Of a DNA stretch of 64,000 nucleotides, positions 25,820-38,674 are shown in pieces. Numbering within the stretch: the stretch's first letter is position 1; the number at the start of each line of letters is the position of its first letter. The position numbers were made by a program, and so were the translations under genes. The DNA comes from Chrysomallon squamiferum (lineage: Eukaryota; Animalia; Mollusca). The stretch spans positions 5,022,001 to 5,086,000 of the forward strand of contig CM022677.1 of the NCBI GenBank assembly GCA_012295275.1, in the 5' to 3' direction. The notes beneath the pieces were generated by a model. The model was not told where the DNA came from, searched no databases, and saw nothing but the letters and a program-made list of their open reading frames with translations.

Positions 25820-27460
25820 ATGGATAATAGTTTTATAACTTTTCTAATTCTAATTATGATTTTGTCTATAAATGTAAATGGACTGAGAGATATTGAGAAA
25901 TTAAATTCAGTTTTTGCAACTATTAAAAGTAAACATGCAAATATTATTTTTCTACAGGAAACATTTTGGGATAATGACTTCATTGAGAGATATAAGCATT
26001 TATGGGAAGGAAATATATTTTATAATAATTGTCCAAATAAAAAAAGAAGGGGTGTAGCAATACTGGTATCAAAAGAATGTCCTTGTAAGTTTACATTTAA
26101 TAGTTTTGCAAACTGAAGGCAGGATTTTAAAAATTAATACTAAAATAGATGAAGAAGAATACAGTTTTATAAATGTATATGTGCCAAATATTGAAAAAAG
26201 AATTTTATTTTTTAAAGGATTATGTAAATTTGTGGATTTAAAAAATAGAATAATGGCAGGAGATTTTAATGAAATTTTAGATCCTAATTTAGATTTAGGC
26301 ATTAATAATAAAACTTTGAGTATGAAAAGTAGTAATGAATTACAGTCAGTTATTTTTAATTATAATTTAGTTGATATTTGGTGACACAGATAAAAGGCAA
26401 TTTACTAGATCTCAAATTGTTGAAAAAACTATAAAACAGTCAAGAATTGATTTATTCTTAATTTCTAGAAATTTATTACAGTTTATAAGTAATGTATACA
26501 TATCCTATACCTCGGTTAGTGATCACAATTTTTATCACTTAAAATAGATTTTTCTCATGTAGAGAGGTCAAGGTATTTGGATCTTTAATAATGAATTGTT
26601 GAAAGATGAAAGTTTTTGTAAAGCTATTATTGAAGTTATTAATAATGTTTCTGAGTGTCCTTTGTTACAGACTGAACCTAGTGTTTGGTGAACCAACTTA
26701 AAATATAAAAAGAAAACATGTGCAAGAAACTTTGCAATAAAAAAGAGAAAATCAGATAACAAAAAATATTATAATATCCAAAATGCTTTAAAACAAGAAT
26801 ATGCTAAACTAGCTGTAAATAAGCATCATGATTTGAGTAACATACAAATTTTAGAAGAAAAATTAAAATTAATTGAGAGATCTAAATGTAATGGTGCTAT
26901 TTTAAGATCTAAAGCTCATTGGAATCTAGATATGGATAGAAATACCACACTTTTTCTCAGTTTAGAAAAATCAAAACTGGAATCAAATTCTATTAAAGAG
27001 CTAAAAACAGTAAATGGATTAACAAGAAAAATAGAAGGTATATTAGAATATGCTTATGACTTTTATTCAAAAATTATTTACACAAGAAAATGTAGATATT
27101 ATTAAACAGGAAGACATAATAAATTTAATATCAAATAACCTAAAGTAATCTGAAAGTGAAAACATTACAATTGAAGAATTAACTGAAGCTTTAAAAGAAA
27201 TGAATAGAAATAAATCACCTGGTTTGGATGGTCTAACAGTTTTTTAAAAATTTCTTTCATAAAGTAGTTATGTCAATTGAAAAAGAAGAAATGTCACGTA
27301 GTATGAAAAAAGGGGTAATTAGTCTGTTTTACAAGAAAAAAGCAGATAAAGCAGACCAAATAAACCATTATGTGAAAGATTGAACTGGAAAAATAAATTA
27401 GATAAAATGTCTAATTTAATTAACTTATGGAGTCAAAGGAAACTTACTTTACACGTAAAA
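25820..27460 (+). mobile_element. Tx1/L1-clade LINE ORF2 (APE endonuclease and pre-RT region), frameshifted, RT core deleted
   Basis: SINVNGLRD, FLQET, GVAILV, NVYVPN, GDFN, SRIDLFL, SDH, GAILRSKAHW, KSPGLDGL, SMKKGVISLFYKK, then a jump to the post-RT motif LINLWSQRKLTL. Confidence 0.9.
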
Positions 27461-27489
27461 GCTGAAATCGATGGGATCATATGTTGTAT

Positions 27490-27890
27490 ATATAGTATAT
27501 ATATATATAAATAAACACTATATAGACATGAAAGTATCTTTTATGTATATATAAATATATATATTTAAACACTAAATATACACATGAAAGATTTTATATG
27601 TATATAAAAATATATATATATATATATTTTATTATATATATACACATGAAAGATTTTATATGAAATATAAAAATATATATATATATAAACTATATATATT
27701 GGGAAAAAGATTGAAATATGTATAGTATATATATATATATATATATATAAACACTATATATGGCACATGACAAGATTTTATATGTATATATATCGTTGAA
27801 CTATATATACACATGACTTGATTTTATATGTATATATAAATATATATAAACACTATATATACACATGAAAGATCTTTATATGTATTATAT
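27490..27890. repeat. Degenerate TA-rich tandem repeat (~55-60 bp, cactatatatacacatgaaagattttatatg)
   Basis: About 6 noisy copies. Confidence 0.75.
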
Positions 27891-29443
27891 AATACAAATA
27901 AATAAATAATTTTAAATAAATAAAATAAAACATTAATAAAATTAATTAAAACAAAAACAAAAATTTAAAATGAATATCCAAAAAATAAAAAAATAATAAT
28001 AATTTTTTTTTTTTTGTTTTCTGGATAGAAATAAAATAAAATAAAATAGGGCAACAAAATAAATAATTTCATTAATTAATGACAACAAGACTGAAAAAGC
28101 ATTAAAAAAAAAAAATAAATAATGAATAAAATAAAATGAACTAAAAATTAAAACTACTAATAAATTTGGGTTTCAAAAAAATAAACTATCAATCACAAAC
28201 AACAGACAGGGTTACATACAGTTTAGTGATGAACAATTAATGTTTTTGGTCTGAGGTCAGCACAACTGGACCAAACAGATCGGTGTTATTTGGTTCCTTT
28301 ACACCCCTAGCACTTGCTATTTTTGTGACAACAGACTGGAATTCAAGTTTCTGTGATAAAGAAATTTCATCACTGATGTGGAGCTATAAGTCTGAGTTAT
28401 GCATGTTCAGAACAACAACAAGATGAAACAAGATGGATAACAACTTACTGAAGATGAAAGTTTAGATTACTGAAATTGAATGACATTTGAGTTAAAAATA
28501 AAACCTAATTTATGGAAGCTAATAAAATATATAAAAAACTGATAACTAAAAAGTTTAAGTTAATGTAGTGAAATAAGTCTGCTAACTGAAGAAGATAATT
28601 CTGAGTTAAAGAAGTTTGAGATAATGAAATTAATATTCTCATACACAGATTATGTCATTGTCTAATTAATTTTACTATTTTTTACTTTTGTTTACCTGGA
28701 CATTTCCTCACACATAGAACCCCAGTGTGAACTTGGCATTCTGGATTTAGGCACCATCTTACCAAGGTCAAGGTCAATTTGTATAAAATAAAACATTGGG
28801 ACAGTAGGGTAAACAAAGGCACCTTCATTCAGGAAATGACGACAAGCCTCTAAAAAAAAAGCAACAAAAATTTAATGGTAATCATTTTAATAATATTTTA
28901 AATATTTTATTTAATAAATTTGGGTTTTGCACAGACATGCAATCACAAACAACAGACAGGGTTACATACAGTCTAGTGAGCTAATGTTTGGTCAAGGTCA
29001 AAGTTCAACTCACCAGAAAGTCGGTGTTCTTGGTTTTTAAACCCCCACACACTTTCGGGGTGACAGCATGTTAGTTTCCCATTACCAACGCCCATACCTG
29101 ATTTAACTTAAAAAACAATTTAATTTATTTCATTTTATTACCTATTTAATTTTTATTTAGTTATTATTTTATTTTGTTGTTTATTTGTCTGTAATGTTTA
29201 TTTTTCATTAATTTAAATTATTTCAATATCAGTTACTATGGTAAACATTGTTTTTTCTGTTGCCAACAAAACCTTGAATGTAGAAAAAAAATAAATAAAA
29301 AATAGGCCTCACTGTTATTGACCAATGAGAAATTCAAAACAGACCAATCATTTCAATTCATTTTGATTAACTGTAACTTGTCATTCACTTATTTTCTTTT
29401 GTAATACCAGAAATCTGCAACATTTAAGTGTCTAACAATTATC

Positions 29444-29670
29444 TGATAACCCAAACAAGACCTCGCGACAATCTCATTGAATCAAATAACAATAAAAACC
29501 ACCACTAATTACATTATACTGATAACCCAAACAAGACCTCACAACAATCTCATTGAATCAAATAACAATTAAAACCACCACTAATTACATTATACTGATA
29601 ACCCAAACAAGACCTCGTGACAATCTCATTGAATCAAATAACAATAAAAAACACCACTAATTACATTAAC
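29444..29670. repeat. 76-bp tandem repeat, 3 copies (4 copies at 47386-47680)
   Basis: tgataacccaaacaagacctc...ccactaattacattatac repeated. Confidence 0.92.
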
Positions 29671-30679
29671 TGAACTGGACATTCTCATAACTGACCATCA
29701 AAACCAAACATTATTCTGTCACCTAAAATGGGCCTAATTGTGATTAAACCAAAAAAAAAAAGGAGCAACCCCATGGGAAACTGCAAAATGCAGCACATCT
29801 GACCTATTTCCAGCTACTAACTCACCATTATTACTAGTAGCAAACACCTTTTAGTAAATAAAAAAATAAAACAAGAAAAAGAAAAGAAGAAACAAGAGCA
29901 GGAATAAAAGGAGTAAGAAATAATAATTTAAAAAAAATATATATATCTCTGTATCTCTCTTTCTCTCTCTCACTGTTTCTCATTCTCTGTCTCTCTCACT
30001 CTCTCTCATATTTATGTTATTTTATTAATATTAAATTTATTTTAAAATTCATTCAGTTTTAGTTTTTTTGTTTATTCTCAGTACATAATTGTTTTTGTTT
30101 TTATTATGAATACTTTTGTAAACTTTAAGTGAAATGAAATAAAATAAAACCTTTTTTATAAATTACTCTGTTGTTTGTTTTAACTATTTACTGTAAACAT
30201 TAAAAATGACAAAATTTTTAAAACCATTTTTTTTCCTCTTTTCTGTAAACAATTAATTATTATATAAAATAAAATGATTTTTGAAATTTACTATTTTCTA
30301 TTAAATGAACTAAATATGGTTTTTAAAATTAGTGTGTTTGTTGTTTGTTTTTAATACTTTCAGTAAACAATTATTAAATGAAATAAAGACAATTTTAAAA
30401 ACTAAAATTTACTATTTTCTGTAACAATTAATGGAAATAAAACTGATTTTAAAACAACAATGTGCTTGTTTTCTTTTCAGATAATGTATTACCAACACAA
30501 CTAACATTTATATATATCATGGGGGAGGGTATACAGAGCTGCTGAGTATGTTTGAGGGGTGGGTTAATTCTCTGGGAAAGGGAAGTGAAACAGTAGATAA
30601 GTGCTGGTGTACTAGGACGTTTTGTTAAACAAAAAATTAGATTAATAATAATAATAATAATAATAATAAAATTAAATAA

Positions 30680-30771
30680 TTTAATCTTTATAAATTTTAT
30701 TTTCGATTCCATTTTTTATTATTTATTTTTAAATTACTTTTTATTTATATATTTTTTCATTATTATTATAA

Positions 30772-30824
<53 letters not shown>

Positions 30825-31388
30825 CGTTAAATATAAATATAAAATGAAAAATAAAACTAAAACTAAGGGCCCGGTTAGATATTACACAACGATGCATTTG
30901 CCAGGTGAAAACGCGCGTTTTTGAATTTCCTGTCATTTTGGAAAACAAAATTCAACCTACCTTGTTCGTCCGCTAAATTCATCAGTCCAGAGGTAATCCA
31001 TAGCGAAGTGAAAGACAACACTAAGGCACAGTAAAATGTCATGGCATAAATCAAGCTTCCAAACAATTTTATATTTTTTAAATTACGAAAGTTGTTAAAG
31101 TGTCCCCGGTCCGCGGGCTTTCACTAATAGTCTCGCCGGAACTTCGGAATACTTCGGGATTCTGTGCCCGTGTCGGAAACGACTTGTTCCCCTTGGGTGG
31201 GGCGCGCAGCACTTTTCACCCGTGATAAATATAATTAGATATAATAATAATAATAATAAAAATAATAATAATAAAAATAGTCAAAAATTAAAGAATTTAA
31301 TCTTTATAAATTTTATTCTCGATTCCATTTTTTATTATTTATTTTTAAATTACTTTTTTATTTATATATTTTTTCATTATTATTATAA

Positions 31389-31431
<43 letters not shown>

Positions 31432-32455
31432 CGTTAAATATAAATATAAAATGAAAAATAAAACTTAAACTAAGGGCCCGGTTAGATATTGCACAACGCT
31501 GCATTTGCCAGGTGAAAATGCGCGTTTTGAGTTTCCTGTCATTTTGGAAAACAAAATTCAACCTACCTTGTTCGTCCGGTAAATTCATCAGTCCAGAGGT
31601 AATCCATAGCGAAGTCAAAGACAACACTAAGGCAAAGAAAAATGTTCATGGTGTAAATCAAGCTTACATCCAACATTTTGAATTACTATAGTTGTTAAAG
31701 TGTCCCCGGTGCGCGCCCTTTCACTAATAGTCTCGCCGGAACTTCGCTATAATTCGGGATGCTGTGGCCGTGACGTCATTATTATTATTTCAGTGAATTA
31801 TAACAGGGGTGCCCCTACTTTTTAAATGACCAAGTCAAAATGATCTACCAACAGTAAAAACGCAAAGCATTTATCTATTTATTTTATTTATTTATACTAA
31901 GTATACTTATATTTACAAGATATGTTGTTGTAATTGCATAACCGCGTGAACCTGTATGGCACAATAGAAGTCTGTACATTTTTGACCGTCAACTTACTCT
32001 GATAAAGTGCACTTGCACTTGCAGAATGGATGATACGTTTTTTTTTTTAGTGTCATGCGATCTACCCACACTGTCTATGCGAACATTTGCAAAAGGTGAA
32101 AACCCGTGTGGCACTATGCCCGGGGGTCGGGAAAAATATTTCAACGTGTCCAAAAGGTGCGCACCGTCGGGTCCAGTGTGGCAAAGACGTTTCCAACATT
32201 TTCAAAAGGTGCTGCACCTTTTGAAAATTTTGTGAAAAAAAAAAAAAACATTTTCAAAATACGTGCATTTTTTTTTGTGCACGTGTCGGAAAAGAGTTGT
32301 TCCCCTTGGGTGAGGCGTGCGGCACCTTTCACCCGTGTCTGACAACCCTTGCCCCAATTTTGGGTATGTGCGCCCCATTTTTGCCACGTGCGGAGAAAAA
32401 GTTAATCCACTTTCAAAAAGGTATCCCTCGCATTTTCAACGAAACTTGAAACATT
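30680..32455. mobile_element. Unclassified CpG-rich non-coding repeat element with internal palindrome; partly duplicated in copy A, single in copy B (48720-49900)
   Basis: 30680-31150 is repeated with divergence at 31290-31760; 31165-31225 matches 32280-32340; 31-bp palindrome at 32198-32228. Confidence 0.5.
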
Positions 32456-32613
32456 TTTTTACTAATTTGATTGCACATGTTTAACCTCAGACATAACACA
32501 AGCCTGGCTTCTCTGACAAAAGGATCTGCAAGCCTGCATTGTCAGGCTGATCGCACACTTTGACGGGGAAAAGACGACTGACCCCCTGTCTTCTTCGTCT
32601 CACATCTCTTCAC

Positions 32614-32946
32614 CCCTACCCTTAATGTCGATACTATAACGAGATAGTCAAACTGGTGCCCAATACAAACATGCTTCAGCCCTACCCTTAATGTCGATAC
32701 TATAACGGGATAGTCAAACTGGTGCCCAATACAAACATGCTTCACCCCTACCCTTAATGTCGATACTATGACGAGATAGTCAAACTGGTGCCCAATACAA
32801 ACATGCTTCAGCCCTACCCTTAATGTCGATACTATAACGGGATAGTCAAACTGGTGCCCAATACAAACATGCTTCAGCCCTACCCTTAATGTCGATACTA
32901 TAACGGGATAGTCAAACTGGTGCCCAATACAAACATGCTTCAGCCC
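32614..32946. repeat. 66-bp tandem repeat, 5 copies (one copy at ~50060-50126)
   Basis: ccctacccttaatgtcgatactataacgggatagtcaaactggtgcccaatacaaacatgcttcag, period 66. Confidence 0.95.
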
Positions 32947-33902
32947 TCACTGGACGTCAGAATGTGTTCTTTAGCCAGCTGAAAATCACTTTCATATGTG
33001 AAATATATTTTTTATCATCCCCAAAATGAAATATTCCGAAAAAAAAATAAATCGTTATTCTGACCACATAATATAGATATTATCTATTTTTTGTTTTTCT
33101 TAATTCTCATTTCATTTTAGCTAATAAAGAATCATAACCATCATCAACAAGAAATAAAATGCCAGTATTTCCACCTATTTTATGTAAGTTTACGAGATTA
33201 TTTCAAGATGTTAAACTAACGTAATCATTATCAATCATTCGTTCTTTATGAATATATGAGTAATGCAATAACTGTCATTTATAAATATATAAAATAAAGA
33301 TTCGGACGCTGTATCTGTCATTTACAAATATGTATGATACATAAAATATAATTTCAAAAACTTTAATATCGGAAAATAGCTTTTCAGTTTAAAAATATTT
33401 CTTACCTGAAGCAATGTTGTAATAAAATTAACTCCGTTACTCAGTTCCAAATTAAATTTAATATAATTATTTATATTTTTAATTCCGTAGATACAGAATG
33501 AAAACAGTCTTACCCCTTTCCATGTTGTAATTACTGTAAATGTTGTAACTGTTTGTAATACTGGTTACAGCTAACGGAATGGCGAGGTATCAAGGTTATA
33601 TCAGAAAAATAATTAAGAAAACGCGCATAATATTTTTACATGTTCCGTCATTTTATCTATAGCGGGATCTTTTCTTTATTATTTTCTAATGAATTAAGAT
33701 CAGTTAATCTATTGAAGACCAGAGATCTGAACCGTGAGTTGAGTGAAAGAATCTGAGATCAAAAACAGGTTAACATGAAATGTTAAACGTACCTGAAACA
33801 ATGGTGTTTATTCTTTCAAATTAGTATATCAGTGTTGTGGGGAGGTATAATCATTTACAGTATGAATGACAGCAAAATAGCACTGTTACAAAAGACTTGA
33901 AA

Positions 33903-33932
33903 GCCGCCATTTTAATCCTTATGTCACGTAAT
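33903..33932. promoter_or_regulatory. Candidate promoter motifs: YY1 site (GCCGCCATTTT) plus CRE/E-box-like GTCACGTA; copy at 51086
   Basis: Motif match; minus-strand splice donors nearby at ~33794 and ~33406 could close 5'-UTR exons. Confidence 0.35.
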
Positions 33933-33954
33933 GATTGATGGTGTTGTTGTATTA

Positions 33955-34031
<77 letters not shown>

Positions 34032-34040
34032 ATTATTATT

Positions 34041-34071
<31 letters not shown>

Positions 34072-35059
34072 GGGGTGGGTTTGTCTTTTTTTTCTTTCTT
34101 TTTTTAAAGACGCTAGAAGAATTTTTTTAGTAAGTCGATACAGATTACCCATCCAATTTTGATCTCAACGTCATAAAAAAAATACCAGAACGAAAGACAA
34201 TCTAAAAAGAAACCTCTGTGTCATAGTATATTACAAAAACAAATCTATGATTCTCTGCAAATAATAAAAAAAAATAACGAAGAGAAATTATGTTTCCCTT
34301 GCTACCAGTGACGTTCATCAAATCCAAAAGTAAATTCCAGTGGTTTCCTTATACAGATGCCTAATTCTGTTTCCTGTCATTTATTGTTTTAAAATTATTA
34401 ATTATCACGTCCTCTATAAAAACAAACAAACAAAAACAATACCCTCAAACAACAGAAAACAATAGAACAACTAAATAACACAAAAAACATATATATGTAA
34501 TTTTTAATAAATTTTATATATACGTATAGAAATTAAATCTTACGTATATTTAAACGAAATTAGATTTAGAAATTAAACATAGAGATTTCCATTTTCTTTT
34601 TTTTTAATCCACATATTAAACTGCCTTGTTATCCTGACATCTGAAAAAATTATGTAATATGAGCCTATATTTTTTCTAACAATATTCTTTTTCACTAGAA
34701 TTTTATTTAAAATGATGGGTGTGTTGTATGGAGTAAATTTATATCTATATCTGTATATAAAGAATATTATTGGAATTACTAACTGTATATTTATTTATTT
34801 AAAACATTTCTTCTCATTCTTCTTCTTATTACCATAATTATTGTTGTTCTTGTTAATATTTTTTTTAAATTATTATTTCCCTCTTTCTTTCATTTTTTTT
34901 TTTCTTTTCGTTTTTTTTTTTTTTGTGTGTGTGTTTTTTTTTCTGTATCGCCCTGCTTAATGTTTCTATTCTCTTTAAGATATTTTTACTAATTTTTTCT
35001 TAATAAAACTGTGGTTTTGCCGTAAAGCGTTCCCTCAGATAATCTATTGTCTTTGTTTT

Positions 35060-35370
35060 TAGATGTTAAGGTAACTCAAAGTAATGTTATTTTGGATCAG
35101 TTGTTTAGAAATTGTTCAGCATTTATTGAGCATACTTTTTCTCTCTCAGAACTGTATTTAATCACTGACAAGACATGCTCTTATGATTATTTCGTCTATG
35201 TGGATGTGTTAAACGATGTCAGTTATATAAAATATGTTCAGGATAAGACGTATCTGCCGAGTGATCCCACCCCTAACACATTTGTAAATTGTTCAGACCA
35301 CTAGGGAGAGATATGCACAAATATCTCGGAATTTGTTAGAGACAATTCCCTTATGTTATGATTAGATTAC
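35060..35370 (+). mobile_element. Possible decayed APE endonuclease C-terminal fragment of a LINE (partly deleted copy at 52170-52405)
   Basis: HTF...CSYDYFV...NCSDH resembles the TF..S.IDYF..SDH motif order. Confidence 0.35.
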
Positions 35371-35548
35371 TTTTTTCTTTTAAATATATAGAATAAGAAG
35401 ATTTATTTTTGGCTCTAACTATTTACGTTAGCATACGCTTATTCACACACATACACAAACTCATACACATATACAACTCATACACATATGTGCACCTATA
35501 CGCACACACACACAGTATAAACTCACACACAGCATAAACTCACACACA

Positions 35549-35580
<32 letters not shown>

Positions 35581-35619
35581 GGACAAAACTGTTGAGAACT
35601 ATGTAATAATACACACACC

Positions 35620-35975
35620 TCGGAGCTGTCTCTGGCGTTTTTCTTTACTGCATACTAAATAGCAACAACTCTACCTTTTATGATAAAACAAGGATGCAAT
35701 GTAGTAAGACACTTTGTTGATATATTTATATGTTTGGCTATTCATGATGCCTGCAAAAGAATATTCAGTGGATTTTTAATCCTTCTTGTGAATACCACCA
35801 TGAATTTTTTTATATGATTACTTCAACAATAATGAATATGGCTCAACCATGAAGGTTTCCTCTGGGATTATTTTAAGCAATGCAAAATTATGGAAAATAC
35901 AATAGAGATAACATCAGTATCTTGCAGATTTATTCTGGAAACAATGTTCTAGAGAATATCACAACAAGAGAGACA
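35620..35975 (+). mobile_element. BEL/Pao LTR retrotransposon integrase remnant (copy at ~52665-53015)
   Basis: QKNIQWIFNPS..HH and QYLADLFWKQCSREY match the BEL/Pao motifs I.W.FNPP.A.H and QYLADLFWKRW..EY. Confidence 0.72.
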
Positions 35976-36174
35976 AAAATGGTTTAATTTTCACAAACAT
36001 ATATATCTGATGAAATGTTCAATCTAATTTAAAGAATTACATCAAGATGAATTTATATTGTGTCCCATGTGTTACCTCTACTACTACTAATACTACTGCT
36101 GCCACTACTACCCCACTAGAATTACTCCTACTACTACTATTACGACTGCCAGCACAGTCACCACTACAACTAAC

Positions 36175-37500
36175 CTATTTTGCAATTATTACTTCTCTTG
36201 TAACCACAAGGACAACAGCAGCCTTCTCAACAGCCTCTGCCATTTCATCTTTAGTGGATCCTTGCATGTTGTCCACATCCATCCACACATGATAATTAGC
36301 TCTGTTCAGAGCCTCTTTTATCTGAGATGCAAACAAGTCCACATAACTCTTATTACAAAATAATACATTTTAACATTTTGTGTTATACAAGTTTCCATCA
36401 GTATAAATAATCTTCAAACTGAAAACATAAATACTATAATATTTAAAAAGTATTGTTCTGACAGGAAAATTAGCTATTGTTAAATATCTTTTATAAAGCA
36501 GACTACTTAGGAAAACAATTCTGTAAAGTATAGCCTGTAGGTACATTTTAATCAGTAAGTTGAAGTAAATAAACAAATAAATTTAGTAACAGCAATAAAT
36601 AAGTGTATGTGCGTTCAAAGACAAGCATTCATGTCAATAAACATAGATAGAAATACACACACGCACACGCATGCTCACATACATAAATGCCTGTAACCTC
36701 TTCATATACGAATAATATAAACGTACTCAATATATATATATATGTATATCTGTATATATATATATGTATATATATACATACATATATGTATACACACAGA
36801 TATACATATATATACACATGTATATACACATATTCAAGCATATACATATATATAATATTTTTTTACAGGTATGACTTTCTTTTGATCCGGCCATGCATAG
36901 CTTATCATAATGTGTCCAGTGGGTTTCTTTTCTGGTGAAGCATTCTTTTTCATGGCATCTGGAATAAACATTAACAATCATGTAATTTATTAATAGAAAT
37001 ATGTTGCAAATACTGTTAGTACTTTTTTATATTAGCTTCCATACTTATTATTAATTTGATTATTAGTATTGTTGTTGTTGTTGTTATTATTAAAAAAAAA
37101 ATCAAAAAATTAAAAATCAAAAATAGATATGTTTTGCTGCTTCTTGTATTTTTCCTGTTAATACCATTACCACCAGTGCTGCTGCTATTATTACTCTAAC
37201 TTCTTCTGTTACTATTGCTAGAACCATTAGTACAATAATTATCACTAATTACAAATAGTTACTGCTACTGCTGCTACTAATACTGCCACTACTATTACTA
37301 ATAAAATACTGGTCGTTTACTGCTACTTCTAAAACTACAATTACCATGGTACACTACTTGAATAACTTACCATTATGTATCTTTAATTTAGCCGATAAAT
37401 CATTAATTTCCGATTCCTACGTCAAGATTATTTCCACAACGGAAACATTTTGTCACATTCTGAGAATTATCTGAGTATCCACAAGCATTACATTTCCTGC
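36175..37500 (-). pseudogene. Zinc-ribbon plus TIR_2-domain gene, copy A (exons 37421-37500, 36867-36958, 36175-36321), disrupted
   Basis: RKCNACGYSDNSQNVTKCFRCGNNL | [30 protein letters not shown] | IKEALNRANYHVWMDVDNMQGSTKDEMAEAVEKAAVVLVV(deletion/frameshift)YKRSNNCKI; canonical AG/GT boundaries. Confidence 0.88.
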
Positions 37501-37659
37501 CTGAGGCGGAAGAAAATATATATATGTCTGAGGGGAAAAACTGTATAGCTATATCTATGTATTTTGAAGTACGAAAATGTTTGATGTTTTGTTTCTTGTT
37601 CTTTACGGTGATACAATATATAATAAAATATTTTGATTTGATTATTAAAATTATTTATT

Positions 37660-38170
37660 AGAGGTCAACAGAAATGTAGCTTGTTCATTCAGCCCAGCAT
37701 TAGTACATCAGAAGCTCCCAAAGATTTGAAAGATCCTGTAAGATAACTTGTTCATGAGTTTCACAATGCTGAAGAAGTGCTCTTCTTATTTACACAGAAA
37801 ATTTGCTTTCTTATTCCCTGAATTTTGCCTGCCAAGTAGTTCGACCAGGCCGGGCTTTTATTAGACGGATAATTGATGCAACAAGAGGAGTCACTAAACC
37901 ACATCACAACATCTGGGTTACACAAAGTATGAAGAGAGACTTTAACATGTGGTTAGATTTTCTAGAGCACTGCAATGGGATTACAGTCATGCCCGACATG
38001 TTCTGGACCAGCAGTAACTCCTTGGAATGTTATATCAAGAAGGGGTGGGAAGGGGATTCGGGGCCTTTTTCCAGGAGGACTGGGCACATGGGTCCTGGCC
38101 ATAGGACTGATGCAGTTCTGGTTTGTTGAGAAATATCACGTTTCTCGATCTCTTTCCTGTCTTAATTATA
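37660..38170 (+). mobile_element. DIRS/Ngaro tyrosine-recombinase retrotransposon RT-RNase H remnant, copy A
   Basis: SLNFACQVVRPGRAFIRRIIDATRGVTKPHHNI...MWLDFLEHCNG...DWAHGSWP...ITFLDLFPV. Confidence 0.85.
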
Positions 38171-38633
38171 TTGTCTAAATTATATTGTTTATGATGCAAA
38201 ATAGAGGTAAAACATAGTAAAACATCACGTTATTTTCATTCAGTATCAATTTGTGATATAAACGTCGCTGGTTTTATGTATAAAACTGTGATTCAAGTAA
38301 AGTGTAACTTCTCACGTGTTCAGTATTAATTTTTATTATTATTTTTTTTTATAGAGAAGAAACTGTAACTCAGTTTAAGAGAAAAATATTATCACAATAG
38401 AGTGGCTTCCCCTGTATATCTAGTCATTAAGTTATTTATTTCTGAATTTACAAGTCGAGTTCTGTAAAATGCCACTATAAAATAAAAGCTCAGACTTTAT
38501 AGGAATCCATTCACTTTTGTTGATACGTTGATAATAAATGATGTCAACATGAGCGCAGTTTTCACAGCGGCATTTATTGTTATTAACGCTATCAAAATTA
38601 TTCTTGAAAAGCCGATGATATTCCTTTAGCTCA

Positions 38634-38674
<41 letters not shown>

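Larger units (their letters stand above)
23824..28849 (-). pseudogene. Decayed multi-exon gene with Cys-rich, CCCH-like N-terminal exon (exons 28696-28849, 24269-24389, 23824-23965)
   Basis: Each exon has a poly-T..AG acceptor and GT donor. Reading through frameshifts: EACRHFLN/RCLCLPYCPNV/RWCLNPECQVHTGVLCVRKCPG|VVSDRVCCGW...LVMKKLR|ICSLFRSQQIAVNQLHILPLYRKTRKGR*. Intron phases 1 and 2 are compatible. Confidence 0.5.

Noticed and set aside
32614-32946. 66-bp array as CRISPR repeat-spacer units or a hammerhead ribozyme
   Set aside because: The whole unit is repeated without variable spacers. A CTGAAGA near it lacks a convincing stem II, GAAA and cleavage triplet.
36047-36292. 81-aa plus-strand ORF conserved in both copies (also 53090-53335)
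   Set aside because: Antisense to the TIR exon plus a CTA repeat; the conservation just reflects the duplication.
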